Origin: the human T2T-CHM13v2.0 reference genome, Homo sapiens
Assembly (NCBI RefSeq): GCF_009914755.1
Contig: NC_060930.1
DNA length: 64,000 bases
Direction: 5' to 3' (one strand)
This document shows, piece after piece, positions 11,901 through 26,900 of this stretch; within the stretch, counting starts at the first letter, position 1; each line of letters starts with the position of its first letter. The notes under the pieces were generated by a model, which was not told where the DNA came from, made no database searches, and saw nothing but the letters and a program-made list of their open reading frames with translations. The position numbers were made by a program, and so were the translations under genes.

Positions 11901-14900
11901 GTTCTGAAACTCTTTTTGTAGAATTTCCAAGTGGATATTTAGTGCCGTTTGAGGCCTATGCTAGAAAAGGCATTATCTTCATAGAAATATTAGACAGAAT
12001 GATTCTCAGAAACTGCTTTGTGATGTGTGCGTTCAACTCAGAAAGTTTAAACTTTCTTTTGATAGAGCAGTTTTGTAACACACTTGTTGTAATATCTGCA
12101 AGTGAATATTGGGACGTTTTTAAGGCCTTCGTGGGAAACGGGATTTCCTCATATAAAAGTTGATAGAAGTATTATCAGAAACTTTTTTGTGATGTGTGCA
12201 TTCAACTCTCAGTATTGGACCTTCCTTTCGATAGAGCAGTTTTGAAATTCTCTTTTTGTAGAATTTCCAAGTGGATATTTAGAGCAGTTAGAGGTGTGTG
12301 GTGGAAAAGGAAATATCTTCATAGAAAAACTAGGTAGAATCATTCTTAGAAACTATTTTGTGATGTGTGAATTCAGCTTAGAGAGTTTAACCTTTCTTTT
12401 GATAGTGAATTTTGGAAACCCCATTTTTGTTGTATTTGCAAGTGTATATTTAGAGCGCTTTGAGGCCTACGGTAGAAAAGGAAATATCTTCACACACACA
12501 AAAAAAACAGAAGCATTTTCAGAAAGTACATTGTGATATTTGCTTTCAAATCTCAGAGTTGAACATTCCTCTTGATAGAGCAGTTTTGAAACACTCTTTT
12601 TTTAGAATCTGCAACTGGATAGTTGGATCTATTTGTGGGATTCCTTTGAAAAGTGATTTCCTCTTTTAAAACTAGACAGAAGAATTCTTGGAAACTTCTT
12701 TGTGATGCCTGCACTCAACTCACAGAGTTGAAACTTCCGTTCGATAGAGCAGTTTTGAAATACTATTTTTGAAGAATTTTCAAGTGGATATTTACTGCGG
12801 TTCGAAGCCTATGGTAGAAAAGGAAATATCTTCATAGAAAAACTAGAGAGAATCATTCTCAGAAACTATTTTGTGATGTGTGCATTGAGCTTACAGAGTT
12901 TAACTTTTCTTTTGATAGAGTAGTTTTAAAAGCCCCTTTTTGTGGAATTTGCAAGTGTATATTTAGAGCACTTTGAGGCCTACTGTAGAAAAGGAAATAT
13001 CTTCACAAAAAACTAGACCAAAGCATTGTCAGAAACTACTTAGTGATATTTGCATTCAACCAACAGAGTTGAACATTCCTCTTGATAGAGCAGTTTTGAG
13101 ACACTCTTTTTGTAGAATTTGCAAGAGAATATTTGGACCTCTTTCTGGCCTTCGTCTGATACGTGATTTCTTCCTATAATGCTGGACAGAAGAATTCTCA
13201 GAAACTTCTTTGTGATGTGTGCTTTCAACTCACAGAGTTGAACTTTCCTTTCGATAGAGCAGTTTTTATACTCTCTTTTTGTATAATTTACCGGTGGATA
13301 TTTAGCGCCGTTTGAAGCCTATGGTAGAAAAGGAAACACCTTCATAGAAAAACTAGACAGAACGATTCTGAGAAACTACTTTGTGATGTGTGCGTTCAAC
13401 TCACGGAGTTTAACCTTCCTTTTGATAGAGCAGTTTGAAAAACTCTTTTTGTAGAATCTGACAGTGAATGTTTGGACTTTTTTGAGGCCTTCTTTAGCAA
13501 CGGGATTTCTTCATATAAAACTTGACAGAAGAATTTTCAGAAACTTCTATGTGATTGGTGCATTCAACTCACAGAGTTGAACCTTCCCTTCAATAGAGCA
13601 GTTTAGAAATATTCTTTTTATAGAATTTTCAAATGGATATTTAGAGCACTTCGAGGCCTATGGTAGAAAAGGAAATATCTTCATAGAAAAACTAGACAGA
13701 ATCATTCTCAGAAATTAGTTTGTGATGTGTGCATTCAGCTTACAGGGTTCAACTTTTGTTTTGATAGAGCAGTTTTGAAACCCGCTTTTTGTGTTATTTG
13801 CAAGTGTATAATTAGGGCGCATTGAGACCTACGGTAGAAAAGGAAATATGTTCTCAAAAAAAATAGACAGAAGCATTGTCAGAAGCTACTTTGTGATATT
13901 TGCATTCAACTCACGGAATTCAACATTCCTCTTGATAGAGAAGTTTTGAAACACTCTTTTTGTAGAATCTGCAAGTGGATATTTGGACAATTTTGTGGTC
14001 TTCGTTTGAAACGTAATTTCTTCATTTAAAACTAGACAGAAGAATTCTCAGAAACTTCTTTGTGATATGTGCTTTCATCTTACAAGGTTGAGCCTTCCTT
14101 TTGATAGAGCAGTTTTGAAAGTCTCTTTTTGTAGAATTTCCAAGTGGATATTTAGCACCGTTTGAGGCCTATGGTAGAAAAGGAAATATCTTCATAGAAA
14201 AACTAGACAGAATGATTCTCAGAAACTGCTTTCTGTTGTCTGCGTTCAACTCACAGATTTTAAACTTCCTTTTGATAGAGCAGCTTTGAAACACTCTTTT
14301 TGTGGAATGTGCAAGTGAATATTTGGACTTTTTGGAGGCCTTCATTGTAAACGGAAATTCTTTATATAAAACTGGAGAGAAGAATTCTCAGAAACTTCTT
14401 TGTGATGTGTGCATTCAACTCACAGACTTGAACATTCCTCTTGATAGAGCAGTGTTGAAACACTTTTTTTGTAGAATCTGCAAGTGGATATTTGGACCTT
14501 TTTGTGGCCTTCTTTTGAAACGTGATTTCTTCATGTAAAACAGACAGAAAAATTCTCAGAAACTTCTTTGTGATGTGTGCTTTCATCTCTCAGAGTTAAA
14601 CCTTCCTTTTGATATAGCAGTTTTGAAAATTTCTTTTTGTATAATTTCCAAGTGTATATTTAAAGCGATTCGAGGCCTATGGTAGAAAAGGAAATATCTT
14701 CGTAGAAAAAGTAGACAGAATTATTCTTAGAAACTACTTTGTGCTGTCTGCATTCAGCTTATAGAGTTTAAAATTTCTTTTGATAGAGCAGTTTTGAAAC
14801 GCTCTTTTTATGGAATTTGAAAGTGTATAATTAGAGCGCTTTGAGGCCTATGGTAGAAAAGGAAATATCTTCACATAAAAACTACACAGAAGCATTTTCA

Positions 14901-17900
14901 GAAACTACATTGTGATGTTTGCTTTCAACTCACAGAGCTGAACATTCCTCTTGATAGAGCAGTTTTGAAGCATTCTTTTTATAGAATCTGCAAGTGGATA
15001 TACGGACCTCTTGGTGGCCTTCGTTTGAAATCTTCATATAAAACTTGACAGAAGAATTCTCAGAAAATTCTTTCTGAAGAGTGCTTTGAACTCACAGAGC
15101 TGAACCTTCCTTTCAATAGTTCAGTTTTGAAAGTTTCTTTTTGTAGAATTTCCAATAAGATATTTAGCTCCCTTTGAGGTCTACGGTACAAATGGCAATA
15201 TCTTCATAGCAAAAGTAGACAGAATAATTCTCAGAAACAATATTTTGTTATGTGCGTTCAACTCACAGAGTTTAACTTTTCTTTTGATAGAGCAGTTTGA
15301 AACACTCTTTTTGCAGAATCTGCTAGTGAATATTTGGACTTCTGTGATGCCTTCTTTGGAAAAGGGATTTCTTCATATAAAACTTGACAGAAGAATTCTC
15401 AGAAACTTCTTTGTGATGGGTTCATTCAACTCACAGAGTTGAACCTTCCTTTCGATAGAGCAGTTTTGAAACACTCTTTTTATAGAGTTTTCAAATGGAT
15501 ATTTAGAGCAGTTCGAGGCCTATGGAAGAAAAGGAAATATCTTCATAGAAAAACTAGACAGAATCATTCTCAGAAACTACTTTGTGATGTTTGCATTCAG
15601 CTTACAGAGTTTAACTTTTCTTTTGATAGAGCAGTTTTGAAACCCGCTTTTTTTGGTATTTGCAAGTGTATAATTAGGGCGCATTGAGACCTACGGTAGA
15701 AAAGGATATATCTTCTCAAAAAAATTATACAGAAGCATTGTCAGAAGCTACTTTGTGATATTTGCATTCAACTCACGGATATGAACATTCCTCTTGATAG
15801 AGCAGTTTTGTAACACCCTTTTTGTAGAATCTGCAAGTGGATAAAAGGACCTCTTTGTGGCCTTCGTTTGATACGTGTTTTCTTCCTATAAAGCTAGACA
15901 GAAGATTTATCAGAAACTACTTTGTGATGTGTGCTTTCAACTCACAGAGTTGAACCTTCCGTTGGATAAAGCAGCTTTGATATACTCTTTTTGTAGAATT
16001 TCCAAGTGGATATTTAGTGCCGTTTGAGGCCTATGGTAGTAAAGGGAATATCTTCATAGAAAAACTAGACAGAGTGATACTGAGAAACTACTTTGTGATG
16101 TGATCGTTCAACTCACAGAGTTTAACCTGTCTTTTGATAGAGCATTTTTGAAACACTCTTTTTGTAGTATCTGCAAGTGAATATTTGGACCTTTTCGTGG
16201 ACTTCCTTGGAAACAGGTTTTCATCATAGAAAAGTAGACAGAAGAATTCTCACTAACTTCTTTGTGATGTGTGCTTCCAACTCACAGAGTTGAACCTTCC
16301 TTTCAAAAGAGCAATTTTGAAACTTTCTTTTGTAGAATTTCCAAGTGGATACTTAGCGCCGTTTTAGGCTTGTGGTAGAAAAGAAAATATCTTCATAGAA
16401 AAACTAGACAGAATGATTCTCAGAAACTACTTTGTGATGTGTGCGTTCAACTCACAGGGTTTAACCTTTCTTTCGATAGAGCAGTTTTGAAACACTCTTT
16501 TTGTGGAATTTGCAAGTGTATATTTAGAGCGCTTTGAGGCCTACGGTAGAAAAGGATATATATTCACAAAAAAAAATTGTACAGAAGCATTGTCGGAAAC
16601 GACTTTGTGTTATTTGCATTCAACTCACAGAGTTGAACATTCCTCTTGATAGGGCTGTTTTGAAACACTCTTTTTGTAGAATCTGCAAGTGGATATTTGG
16701 ACCTTTTTCTGGCCTTCGTTTGAAACGGCATTTCTTCAAATAAAACTGGACAGAAGAATCCTCAGAAACTTCTTTGTGATGTGTGCTTTCAACTCACAGG
16801 GGTAAAACTTCCTTTCGATGTAGCAGTTTTGAAACTCTCTTTTTGTAGAATTTCCAAGTGGATATTTAAAGCGGTTCGAGGCCTATGGTAGAAAAGGAGA
16901 TATCTTCATAGAAAAACTAGAGAGAATCATTCTCAGAAACTAGTTAGTGATGTGTGCATTCAGCTTACAGAGTTTAATAGTTCTTTTGATAGAGCAGCTT
17001 TGAAACGCTCTTTTTGTGGAATTTGAAAGTGTATACTTAGAGTGCTTTGAGGCCTATGGTAGAAAAGGAAATATCTTCACATAAAAACTAGACAGAAGCA
17101 TTTTCAGAAACTACATTGTGATATTTGCTTTCAACTCACAGAGTTGAACATTCCTCTTGATAGAGCAGTTTTGAAGCACTCTTTTTATAGAATCTGCAAG
17201 TGGATACTTAGACCTCTTTGTGGCCTTCGTTTGAAATTTGATTTCTTCATATAAAACTTGACAGAAGAATTCTCAGAAACTTCTTTCTGATGAGTGCGTT
17301 GAACTCACAGAGTTGAACCTTCCTTTCAATAGTGGAGTTTTGAAAGTCTCTTTTTGTAGAATTTCCAATAGGATATTTAGCTCCATTTGAGGCCTATGGT
17401 ACAAAAGGCAATATCTTCATTTAAAAACTACACAGAATAATTCTCAGAAACTACATTTTGTTGTGTGCGTTCAACCCACAGAGTTTAACCTTTCTTTTGA
17501 TAGAGCAGTTTGAAACACACTTTTTGTAGTATCTGCAAGTGAATATTTGGACTTTTTTGAGGCCTTCGTTGTTAATGGGATTTCTTCATATAAAACTTGA
17601 CAGAAGAATTCCCAGAAACTTATATGGGTTTGTGCATTCAACTCACAGAGTTGAACGTTTGTTTCGATAGAGCAGTATTGAAATACTCCTTTTGTAGAAT
17701 TTCTGAGTGGATATTTGGAACGGTTTGAGAACTATTTTAGAAAAGGAAATATCTTCATAGAAAAACTAGACAGAATCATTCTCAGAAACTTTTTTGTGAT
17801 GTGTGCATTCAACTTACAGAGTTTAACCTTTCTTTTGATAGAGCAGTTTTGAAACACTCTTTTTGTGGTCTTTGCAAGTGTATATTTAGAGCGCTTTGAG

Positions 17901-20900
17901 GCCTACGGTAGAAAAGGAAATATCTTCACATAAAAAGTAGGCAGAAGCACTGTCACAAACTACTTTGAGATATTTGCGTTCAACTCACAGAGTTGAACAT
18001 TCTTCTTGATAGAGCAGTTTTGAAACACTCTTTTTGTAGAATCTGCAAGTGGTTATTTGGACCTCTTTGTGGATTCCGTTTGAAACGTGATTTCTTCATA
18101 TAAAACTAGACAGAAGAATTTTCAGAAACTTCTTTGTGATGTGTGCTTTCAACTCATAGAGTTGAACCTTCCTTTAAATAGACCAGATTCGAGACTCTCT
18201 TTTTGTAGAATTTCCAAGTAGATATTTAGCGCCGATTGAGGCCCATGGTTGAAAAGGCAATATCTTCATAGAAAAACTAGACAGAATAATTCTCAGAAAC
18301 TGCTTCACAATGTGTGCGTTCATCTCACAGAGTTTAACCTTTCTTTTGATAAGGCGGTTTTGAAACACCCTTTTTGTAGAATCTGCAAGTGAATATTTGG
18401 ACTTTTTTGAGGCTTGCATTGCAAACGGGATTTCTTCATATAAAACTTGACAGAAGAATTCTCAGAAACTTCTTTTTCATTTGTGCATTCAACTGACAGA
18501 GTTGAACCTTCCCTTCCTTCGATAAAGCAGTTTTGAAATACTCTTTTTGTAGAATTTTCAAGTGGATATGTAGTGCGGTTCGAGGCCTGTGTAAGAAAAG
18601 GAAATATCTTCATAGAAAAACTGGACAGAATCATTCTCAGAAACTAATTTGTGATGTGTGCATTCAGCTTACAGAATTTAACTTTCTTTTCATACAGCAG
18701 TTTTGAAACAACCTTTTTGTGGAGTCGCAATTGTATATTTAGGGCGCTTTGATTCCTATGGTAGAAAAGGAAGTATTTTCACAAAAAAACTAGACAGAAG
18801 CATTGTCAGATACTATTTTGTCATATTTGCATTCAACTCACTGTGTTGAACATTCCTCTTGATAGAGCACTTTTGAAACACTCTTTTTGTAGAATCTGCA
18901 AGGGGATATTTGGAACTCTTTGTGTCCATCTTTTGATACGTGATTTCTTCATATAAAATTAGAGAGAAGAATTTTGAGAAACTACTTTGTGATGTGTGCG
19001 TTCAACTCACTGAGTTTTACCTTTCCTTTGATAGAGCAGGTTTGAAACACACTTTTTGTAGTATCTGCAAGTGAATATTTGGACTTTTTTGAAGCCTTCT
19101 TTGGAAACGGGATTTCTTCATATAAAACTTTACAGAAGAATTCTCAGAAACTTCTTTGTAATGTGTATATTCAACTCACAGATTTGAAACTTCCCTTTAA
19201 TAGAGCAGTTTTGAAATACTCTTTAGGTAGAAGTTTCAAGTGGATATGTAGTACGGTTCGAGGCCTACGGTATAAAATGAAATATCTTCATAGAAAAACT
19301 AGACAGAAACATTCTCAGCAACTACCTTGTGATGTGTGCATTCAGCTTACAGAGTTTAACCTTTCTTTGGATAGAGCAGTTTTGAAACAGCCTTTTTGTT
19401 GAATTTGCAATTGCATATTAAGAACACTTTGAGGCCTACGGTAGATAAGGAAATATCTTCACAAAAAAACTAGACAGAAGCATTGTCAGAAACTACTTGT
19501 CATATTTGCATTCAACTCACAGTGTTGAACATTCCTCTTGATAGAGCACTTTTGAAACACTCTTTTTGAAGAATCTGCAAGTGGAAATTTGGACCTCTTT
19601 GTGTCCATCGTTTGGTACGTGATTTCTTCATATAAAACTAGACAGAAGAATTCTCGGAAACTTCTTTGTGCTGTGTGCTTTCGCCTCACAAAGTTGAACC
19701 TTCCCTTTGATAGAGCAGTTTTGAAACTCTCTTTTTGTAGATTTTCCAAGAGGATATTTAGCGCCGTTTGAGGCCTATGTTAGAAAAGGCAATATCTTCA
19801 TAGAAAAACTAGACAGAATGATTCTCAGAAACTACTTTGTGATGTGTGTGTTCAATTCACAGAGTTTAAACTTTCTTTTGATGGAGCAGTTTTGAAACAC
19901 TCTTTTTGTAGAGTCAGCAAGTGAATATTTGGACTTTTTTGAGGCCTTCGATGGAAACGGGATTTCTTCATATAAAACTTGACAGAAGAATTCTCAGAAA
20001 CTTCTTTGTGATGTGTGCATTCAACTCACAGAGTTCAACTTTCCCTTCAGTAGAGCAGTTTTGAAATACTCTTTTTGTAGGATTTTCAAGTGGATATGTA
20101 GTGTGATTCGAGGCCTACGGTAGAAAAGGTAATATCTTCATAAAAAAACTAGACAGAATCATTCTCGGAAACTACTTTGTGATGTATGCATTCAGCTTAC
20201 AGAGTTTAAACTTTCTTTTGGTAGAGCTGTTTTGAAACAAACTTTTTGTGGAATTTGCAATTGTATATTTATAGCCTTTTGAGGCCTATGGTAGAAAAGG
20301 AAGTACCTTCACAAAAACACTAGACGGAAGCATTGTCAGAAACTACTTTGTCATATTTGCATTCAAATCACAGTGTTGAACATTCCTCTTGATAGAGCAC
20401 TTTTGAAACACTCTTTTTGTAGAATCTGCATGTGGATATTTTGACCTCTTTGTGTCTATCATTTGATATGTGATTTCTTCATATAAAAATGGACAGAAGA
20501 ATTTTGAGGAACTTCTTTGTGATGTGTGCTTTCAACTTACAGAGTTGAACCTTCCTTTCGACAGTGCAGTTTTGAAACTCTCTTTTTGTAGAATTTCCAA
20601 GTGGATATTTAGTGCTTTTTGACGGCTATGGTAGAAAAGGCAATATCTTCATAGAAAAACTAGGCAGAATCATTCTCAGAAACTATTTTGTGATTTGTGT
20701 ATTAAAAATACAGAGTTTAACCTTTCTTTTGATAGAGAAGTTTTGAAACACTCTTGTAGTATCTGCAAGTGAATATTTGGCCTTTTTTGAGGACTTCGTT
20801 GGAAAAGGGATTTCTTCATATAAAAGTTGACAGAAGAATTCTCAGAAACTTGGTTTTGATGTGTGAATTCAACTCACAGATTTGAACCTACCTTTCGATA

Positions 20901-23900
20901 GAGCAGTTTTGTAATTCTCTTTTTGTAGAATTTCTAAGTGGATATTTAGAGCAGTTTGAGGCCTATGGTATAAAAGGCTATATCTTCTTAGAAAAACTAG
21001 ACAGAATCATTCCCAGAAACTTCCTTGTGATGTGGGCATTCAGCATACCGAGTTTAACTTTTGTTTTGATAGAGCAGTTTTGAAACAACCTTTTTTGGAA
21101 TTTGCAAGTGTATATTTAGAGCGATTTGAGGCCTACGGTTGAAAAGGAAATATTGTCACATACAAACTAGACAGAAGCATTGTCAGAAACTACTTTGTCA
21201 TATTTGCCTTCAACTCACAGTGTTGAACATTCCCCTTGATAGAGCAGTTTGGAGACACTCTTTTTGTAGAATCTGCATGTGAATATTTGGACCTTTTTGT
21301 GTCCATAGTTTGATACGTGATTTCTTCATATAAAACTAGACAGAAGAATTTTGAGAAACTTCTTTGTGATATGTGCTTTCAACTCACAGAGTTGAACCTT
21401 CCTTTCGATAGATTAGTTTTGAAAGTCTCTTTTTGTAGAATTTCCAAATGCATATTTAGCGCCATTTGAGGCCTATCGTAGAAAAGGCAATATCTTCACA
21501 GAAAAACTAGACAGAATCAGTCTCAGAAACTACTTTGTGATGTGTTCGTTGAAAATACAGAGTTTAACCTTTCTTTTGATAGAGGAGTTTTTAAACAATC
21601 TTGTAGTATCTGCAAGGGAATCTTTGTCCTTTTTTGAGGCCTTCGTTGGAAATGAGATTTCATCATATAAAAGTTGACAGAAGAATTCTCAGAAACTTCT
21701 TTGTGATGTGTGCATTCAACTCACAGAGTTGAACCTACCTTTCGATAGAGCAGTTTTAAACTTCTCTTTTTGTAGAATTTCCAAGTGGATATTTAGAGCG
21801 TTTTGAGGCCTAAGGTATAAAAGGAAGTATCTTCATAGAAAAACTAGATGAATCATTCTCAGAAACTACTTGGTGTTGTGGGCATTTAGCATACAGAGTT
21901 TAACTTTTGTTTTGATAGAGCAGTTTTGAAACACTCTTTTTGTGGAATTTGTAAGTGTATATTTAGTGTGCTTTGAGGCCTACGGTGGAAATGGAAATAT
22001 CTTCAAAAAAAAACCTCTACAGAAGCATTGTCAGAAACTAATTTGTGATATTTGCATTCAACTCACAGAGTTGAACATTCCTCTTCATAGGGCTGTTTTG
22101 AAACACTCTTTTTGGAGAATCTGCATGTGGATATTTGGAAGTCTTTGTGTCCATCGTTTGAAACGTGAATTCTTCATAGAAAACTAGAGAGAATAATTCT
22201 CAGAAACTTCTTGTGTTGTGTGCTTTCAACTCAGAGAGTTGAACCTTCCTTTCGATAGAGCAGTTTTGAAACTCTCTTTTTGTAGAATTTCCAAGTGAAT
22301 ATTTAGCGACATTTAAGGCCTGGGGTAGAAAAGGCAATATCTTCATAGAAGCACTAGACTGAGTGATTCTCAGAAACTACTTTGTGATGTGTGCGTTCAC
22401 CTCACTGAGTTTAATCTTTCTTTTGATAGAGCAGTTTTGAAACACTCTTTTTGTAGAATCTGCAAGTGAATATTTGGACTTTTTTGAGGCCTTCTTTGGA
22501 AACGGGATTTCTTCATATAAAACTTGACAGAAGAATTTTCAGAAACTTCTTTGTGATATGTGCATTCAATTCACATAGTTGAACTTTCCCTTCGATAGAG
22601 CAGTTTTGAAATACTCTGTGGAATTTTCAAGTGGATATGTAGTGCGGTTCGAGGCCTTTGTTAGCAAAGGAAATATCTTCATAGGAAAACTAGAGAGAAT
22701 CACTCTCAGAAACTAATTTGTGATGTGTGCATTCAGTCTACAGAGTTCAACCTTTCTTTTGGTACAGCAGTTTTGAAACAACCTTTTTGTGGAATTTGCA
22801 ATTGTACAGTTAGAGCGATTTGAGGCCTACGGTAGAAAAGGAAGAATTTTCACAAAAAAACTAGACAGAAACATTGTCAGAAACTACTCTTTCATATGTC
22901 CATTCAACACACGGTGTTGAACATTCCTCTAGAAAGAGCACTTTTGAAATAATCTTTTTCTAGAATCTGCAAGTGGATATTTGGACCTCTTTGTGTCCAT
23001 CTTTTGATACATGATTTCTTCATATAAAACTAGACAGAAGAATTTTGAGAAACTTCTTTGTGATGTGTGCTTTCAACTTACACAGTTGAAACTTCCTTTT
23101 GATAGTAGAGTTTTGAAAATCTCTTTTAGTACAATTTCCAAGTGGGTATTTAGTGCCTTTTAAGGCCTATGTTAGAAAACGCAATATCTTCATAGAAAAA
23201 CTTGACAGAATCATTCCCAGAAACTACTTTGTGATGTGTGCATTTAACTTACAGAGTTTAACCTTTCTTTTGATAGAGCAGTTTTGAAACGCTCTTTTTG
23301 TGGAATTTGCAAGTCTATATTTATAGCACTTTGAGGACTATGGTAGAAAAGGAAATATCTTCACATAAAAAGTAGACAGAAGAATTGTCAGTAACTACTT
23401 TGTGATATTTGCATTCAAGTCACAGAGATGAACATTCCTCTTGATAGAGCAGTTTTGAAACACTCTTTTTGTGGTATCTGCAAGTGGATATTTGGACCTC
23501 TTTGTGGCTTTATTTGAACCTTGATTTCTTCATACCAAACTAGACAGAAGAATTCTCAGAAACTTCTTTGGGATATGTGCTTCCAACTCACAGAGTTGAA
23601 CCTTCCTTTCAGCAGAGCAGTTTTGAGACTCCCTTTTTGTAGAATTTCCAAGTGGATATTTAGCGCCAATTGAGGCCTATGGTTGAAAAGGCAATATCTT
23701 CATAGAAAAACTATACAGAATGATTCTCAGAAACTGCTTTGCGATGTGTGCGTTCAACTCAGAGAGTTTCACTTTTCTTTTGATAGAGCAGTTTTGAAAC
23801 ACCATTTTTGTAGAATCTGCAAGTGGATATTTGAACTTTTTTGAGGCCTTCATTGGAAACAGTACCTCTTCATATAAAACTTGACAGAGGAATTCTCAGA

Positions 23901-26900
23901 AACTTCTTTGCGATGTCTGCATTCAACTCACAGTGTTGAGCCTTCCATTTGATAGAGCACTTTGGAAATACTCTTTCTGTAGAATTTCCAAGTGGGTATT
24001 TAGATTGGTTCGAGGCCTACATTAGAATAGAAAATATCTTCATAGAAAAACTAGACAGAATGATTCTCAGAAACTACTTTGGGATGTGTGCGTTCAACTC
24101 ACAGTGTTTCACCTTTCTTTTGATAGAACAGTTTTGAAACACTCTTTTTGTCGAATTTTCAAGTGTATTGTTAGAATGAATTGCGGCCTACGGTAGAAAA
24201 GGAAATGTCTTCAAACAAAAACTAGACAGATACATTGTCAGAAACTACTTTTTGATATTTGTATTTAACACAGAGAGTTAAACATTCCTCTTGATATATC
24301 GGTTTTGAAACCCTCTTTTTGTAAAATCTGCAAGTGGATATCTGGACCTCTTTGTGGCCTTCCTTTGAAACGTGATTTCTTCATATCAAACTAGACAGAA
24401 GAATTCTCAGAAACTTCTTGGTGATGTGTGATTTCAACTCACACAGTTGAAAGTTTCTTTCGATAGAGCAGTTTGGAAACCCTCTTTTTGTAGAATTTTC
24501 AAGTGGATAATTACTGTCGTTTGAGGCCTAAGGTAGAAAAGGCAAAACTTCATACAAAAACAAGCCAGAATGATTCTCAGAAACCACTTTGTGATGTGGG
24601 CTTTCAACTCACAAAGTTGAACCTTTCTTTTGAAAGAACAGTTTTGAAACACTCTTTTTGTGGAATTTGCAAGTGTATGTTTAGAGTGCTTTGAGGCCTA
24701 CGGTAGAAAAGGAAATATCTTCACGTAAAAACTAGACAGAAGCACTGTCAGAAACTGCTTTGTGAACTTTGCATGCAACTCACACGGTTGAACATTCTTT
24801 TCGACAGTGCACATTTGAAATAATCTTTTTGTAGAAATACCAAGTGGATATTAAGAGCGGTTCGAGACCTGTGGTAGAAAAGGAAATATCTTCATAGAAA
24901 AACTAGACAGAATCATTCTCAGAAACTATTTTGTGATGTGTGCGTTCAGCTTAAACAGTTTAATCTTTCTTTTCATGGAGTAGTTTTGAAACACTCTTTT
25001 TGTGGAATTTGCAAGTGTATAATTAGAGCGCTTTGAGGCCTACTGTAGAAAAGGAAATATTTTCACATAAAAACTAGACAGAAGCAATGTCAGAAACTAC
25101 TTCGAGATATTTGCATTGAATTCGCAGAGTTGAACATTCCTCTTGATAGAGCAGTTTTGAAACACTCTTTTTGTAGAATCTGCAAGTGGATATTTGCATC
25201 TGTTTGTGGCCTTCGTTTGAAACGTGATTTCTTCATATAAAACCGGGCAGAAGAATTCTCAGAAACTACTTTTTGATGTGTGCTTTCAACTCAGAGACTT
25301 GAACCTTCCTTTCGATGGGGGAGATTCGAGACACTCTTTTTGTAGAATTTCCAAGTTGATATTCAGCGCCTTTTGTGGCCTATGGTAGCAAAGGAAATAT
25401 CTTCATAGAAAAACTAGACTGAATGATTCTCAGAAACTACTTTGGGATGTGTGCATTCAACTCACAGAGTTTGACCTTTCTTTTGATAGAGCAGTTTTGA
25501 AACACTCTTTTTGTAGAATCTGCAAGTGAATATTTGGACATTTTGGAGGCCTTCGTTGGAAAAGGGATTTCTTCATATAAAACTTGACAGAAGGATTCTC
25601 AGAAACTTCTTTGTGATGTGTGCATTCAACTCACAGAGTTGAACCTTCTTTTCGATGGAGCAGTTTTGAAATACTCTTTTTGTAGAATTTCAAAGAGGAT
25701 ATTTGGGATGGTTCGCGTTCTATGGTATAAAAGGAAATATCTTCATAGAAAAACTAGACAGAATCATTCTCAGAAACTATTTTGTGATGTGTGCGTTCAG
25801 CTTACAGAGTTTAACCTTTCTTTTGATGGAGAAGTTTTGAACACTGTTTTTGTGGAATTTGGAAGTGTATATTTAGAGCGCTTTGAGGCCTATGGTTGAA
25901 AAGAAAATATCTTCACATACAAACTAGACAGAAGCATTGTCAGAAACTACTTCTTGGTCTTTGCATTCAACTCACAGAGTTAAACATTCCTCTTGATATA
26001 GCAGGTTTGAAACACTCTTTTTGTAGAATCTGCAAGTGGATATTTGGCCCTATTTGAGGCCTTCGTTTGAAACGTGATTTCTTCATATAAAATTAGACAG
26101 AAGAATTCTCAGAAACTGCTTTGTGATTTGTGAGTTCAACTCACAGAGTTTAACCTTTCTTTTGATAGAGCAGTTTTGAAACCAACTTTTTGTAATATCT
26201 GCAAGTTAATATTTGGACTTTTTTGAGGCCATCATTGGAAACGGGATTTCATCATATAAAAGTTGACAGAAGAATTCTCAGAAACTTCTTTGTGATGTGT
26301 GCATTCAACTCACGTTTTTGGACCTTCCTTTCAATAGAGCAGTTTTGACATTCTCTTTTTGTAGAATTTCCAAGTGGATATTCAGTGCGGTTAGAGCCTA
26401 TGGTAGAAAAGGAAATATCTTCATAAAAGAACTAGACAGAATAATTCTCAGAAACTACTTTGTGATGTGGGCATTCAGCTTAGAGAGTTTCACCTCTCTT
26501 TTGATGGAGATGTTTGGCAACCCCCTTTTTGTGGTATTTGCAAGTGTATATTTAGAGCACGTTGAGGCCTACGGTAGAAAAGAAAATATCTTCACAAAAA
26601 AACTAGAAAGAAGCATTTTCAGAAACTACAATGTGATATTTGCTTTCAACTCACAGAGTTGAACATTCTTCTTGATAGAGCAGTTTTGATACACTCTTTT
26701 TGTAGAATCTGTCAGTGAATATTTGGACTTTCTTTGAGGGCTTCGTTGTAAACGGTATTTCTTCCTATAAAACTTGACAGAAGAATTATCAGAAACTTCT
26801 TTGTCATGTGTGCATTCAACTCACGGATTTGAACCTTCCCTTCGATAGAGCAGTTTTGAAACACTCTTTTTGTAGAATTGCCAAGTGAATATTTAGAGCG

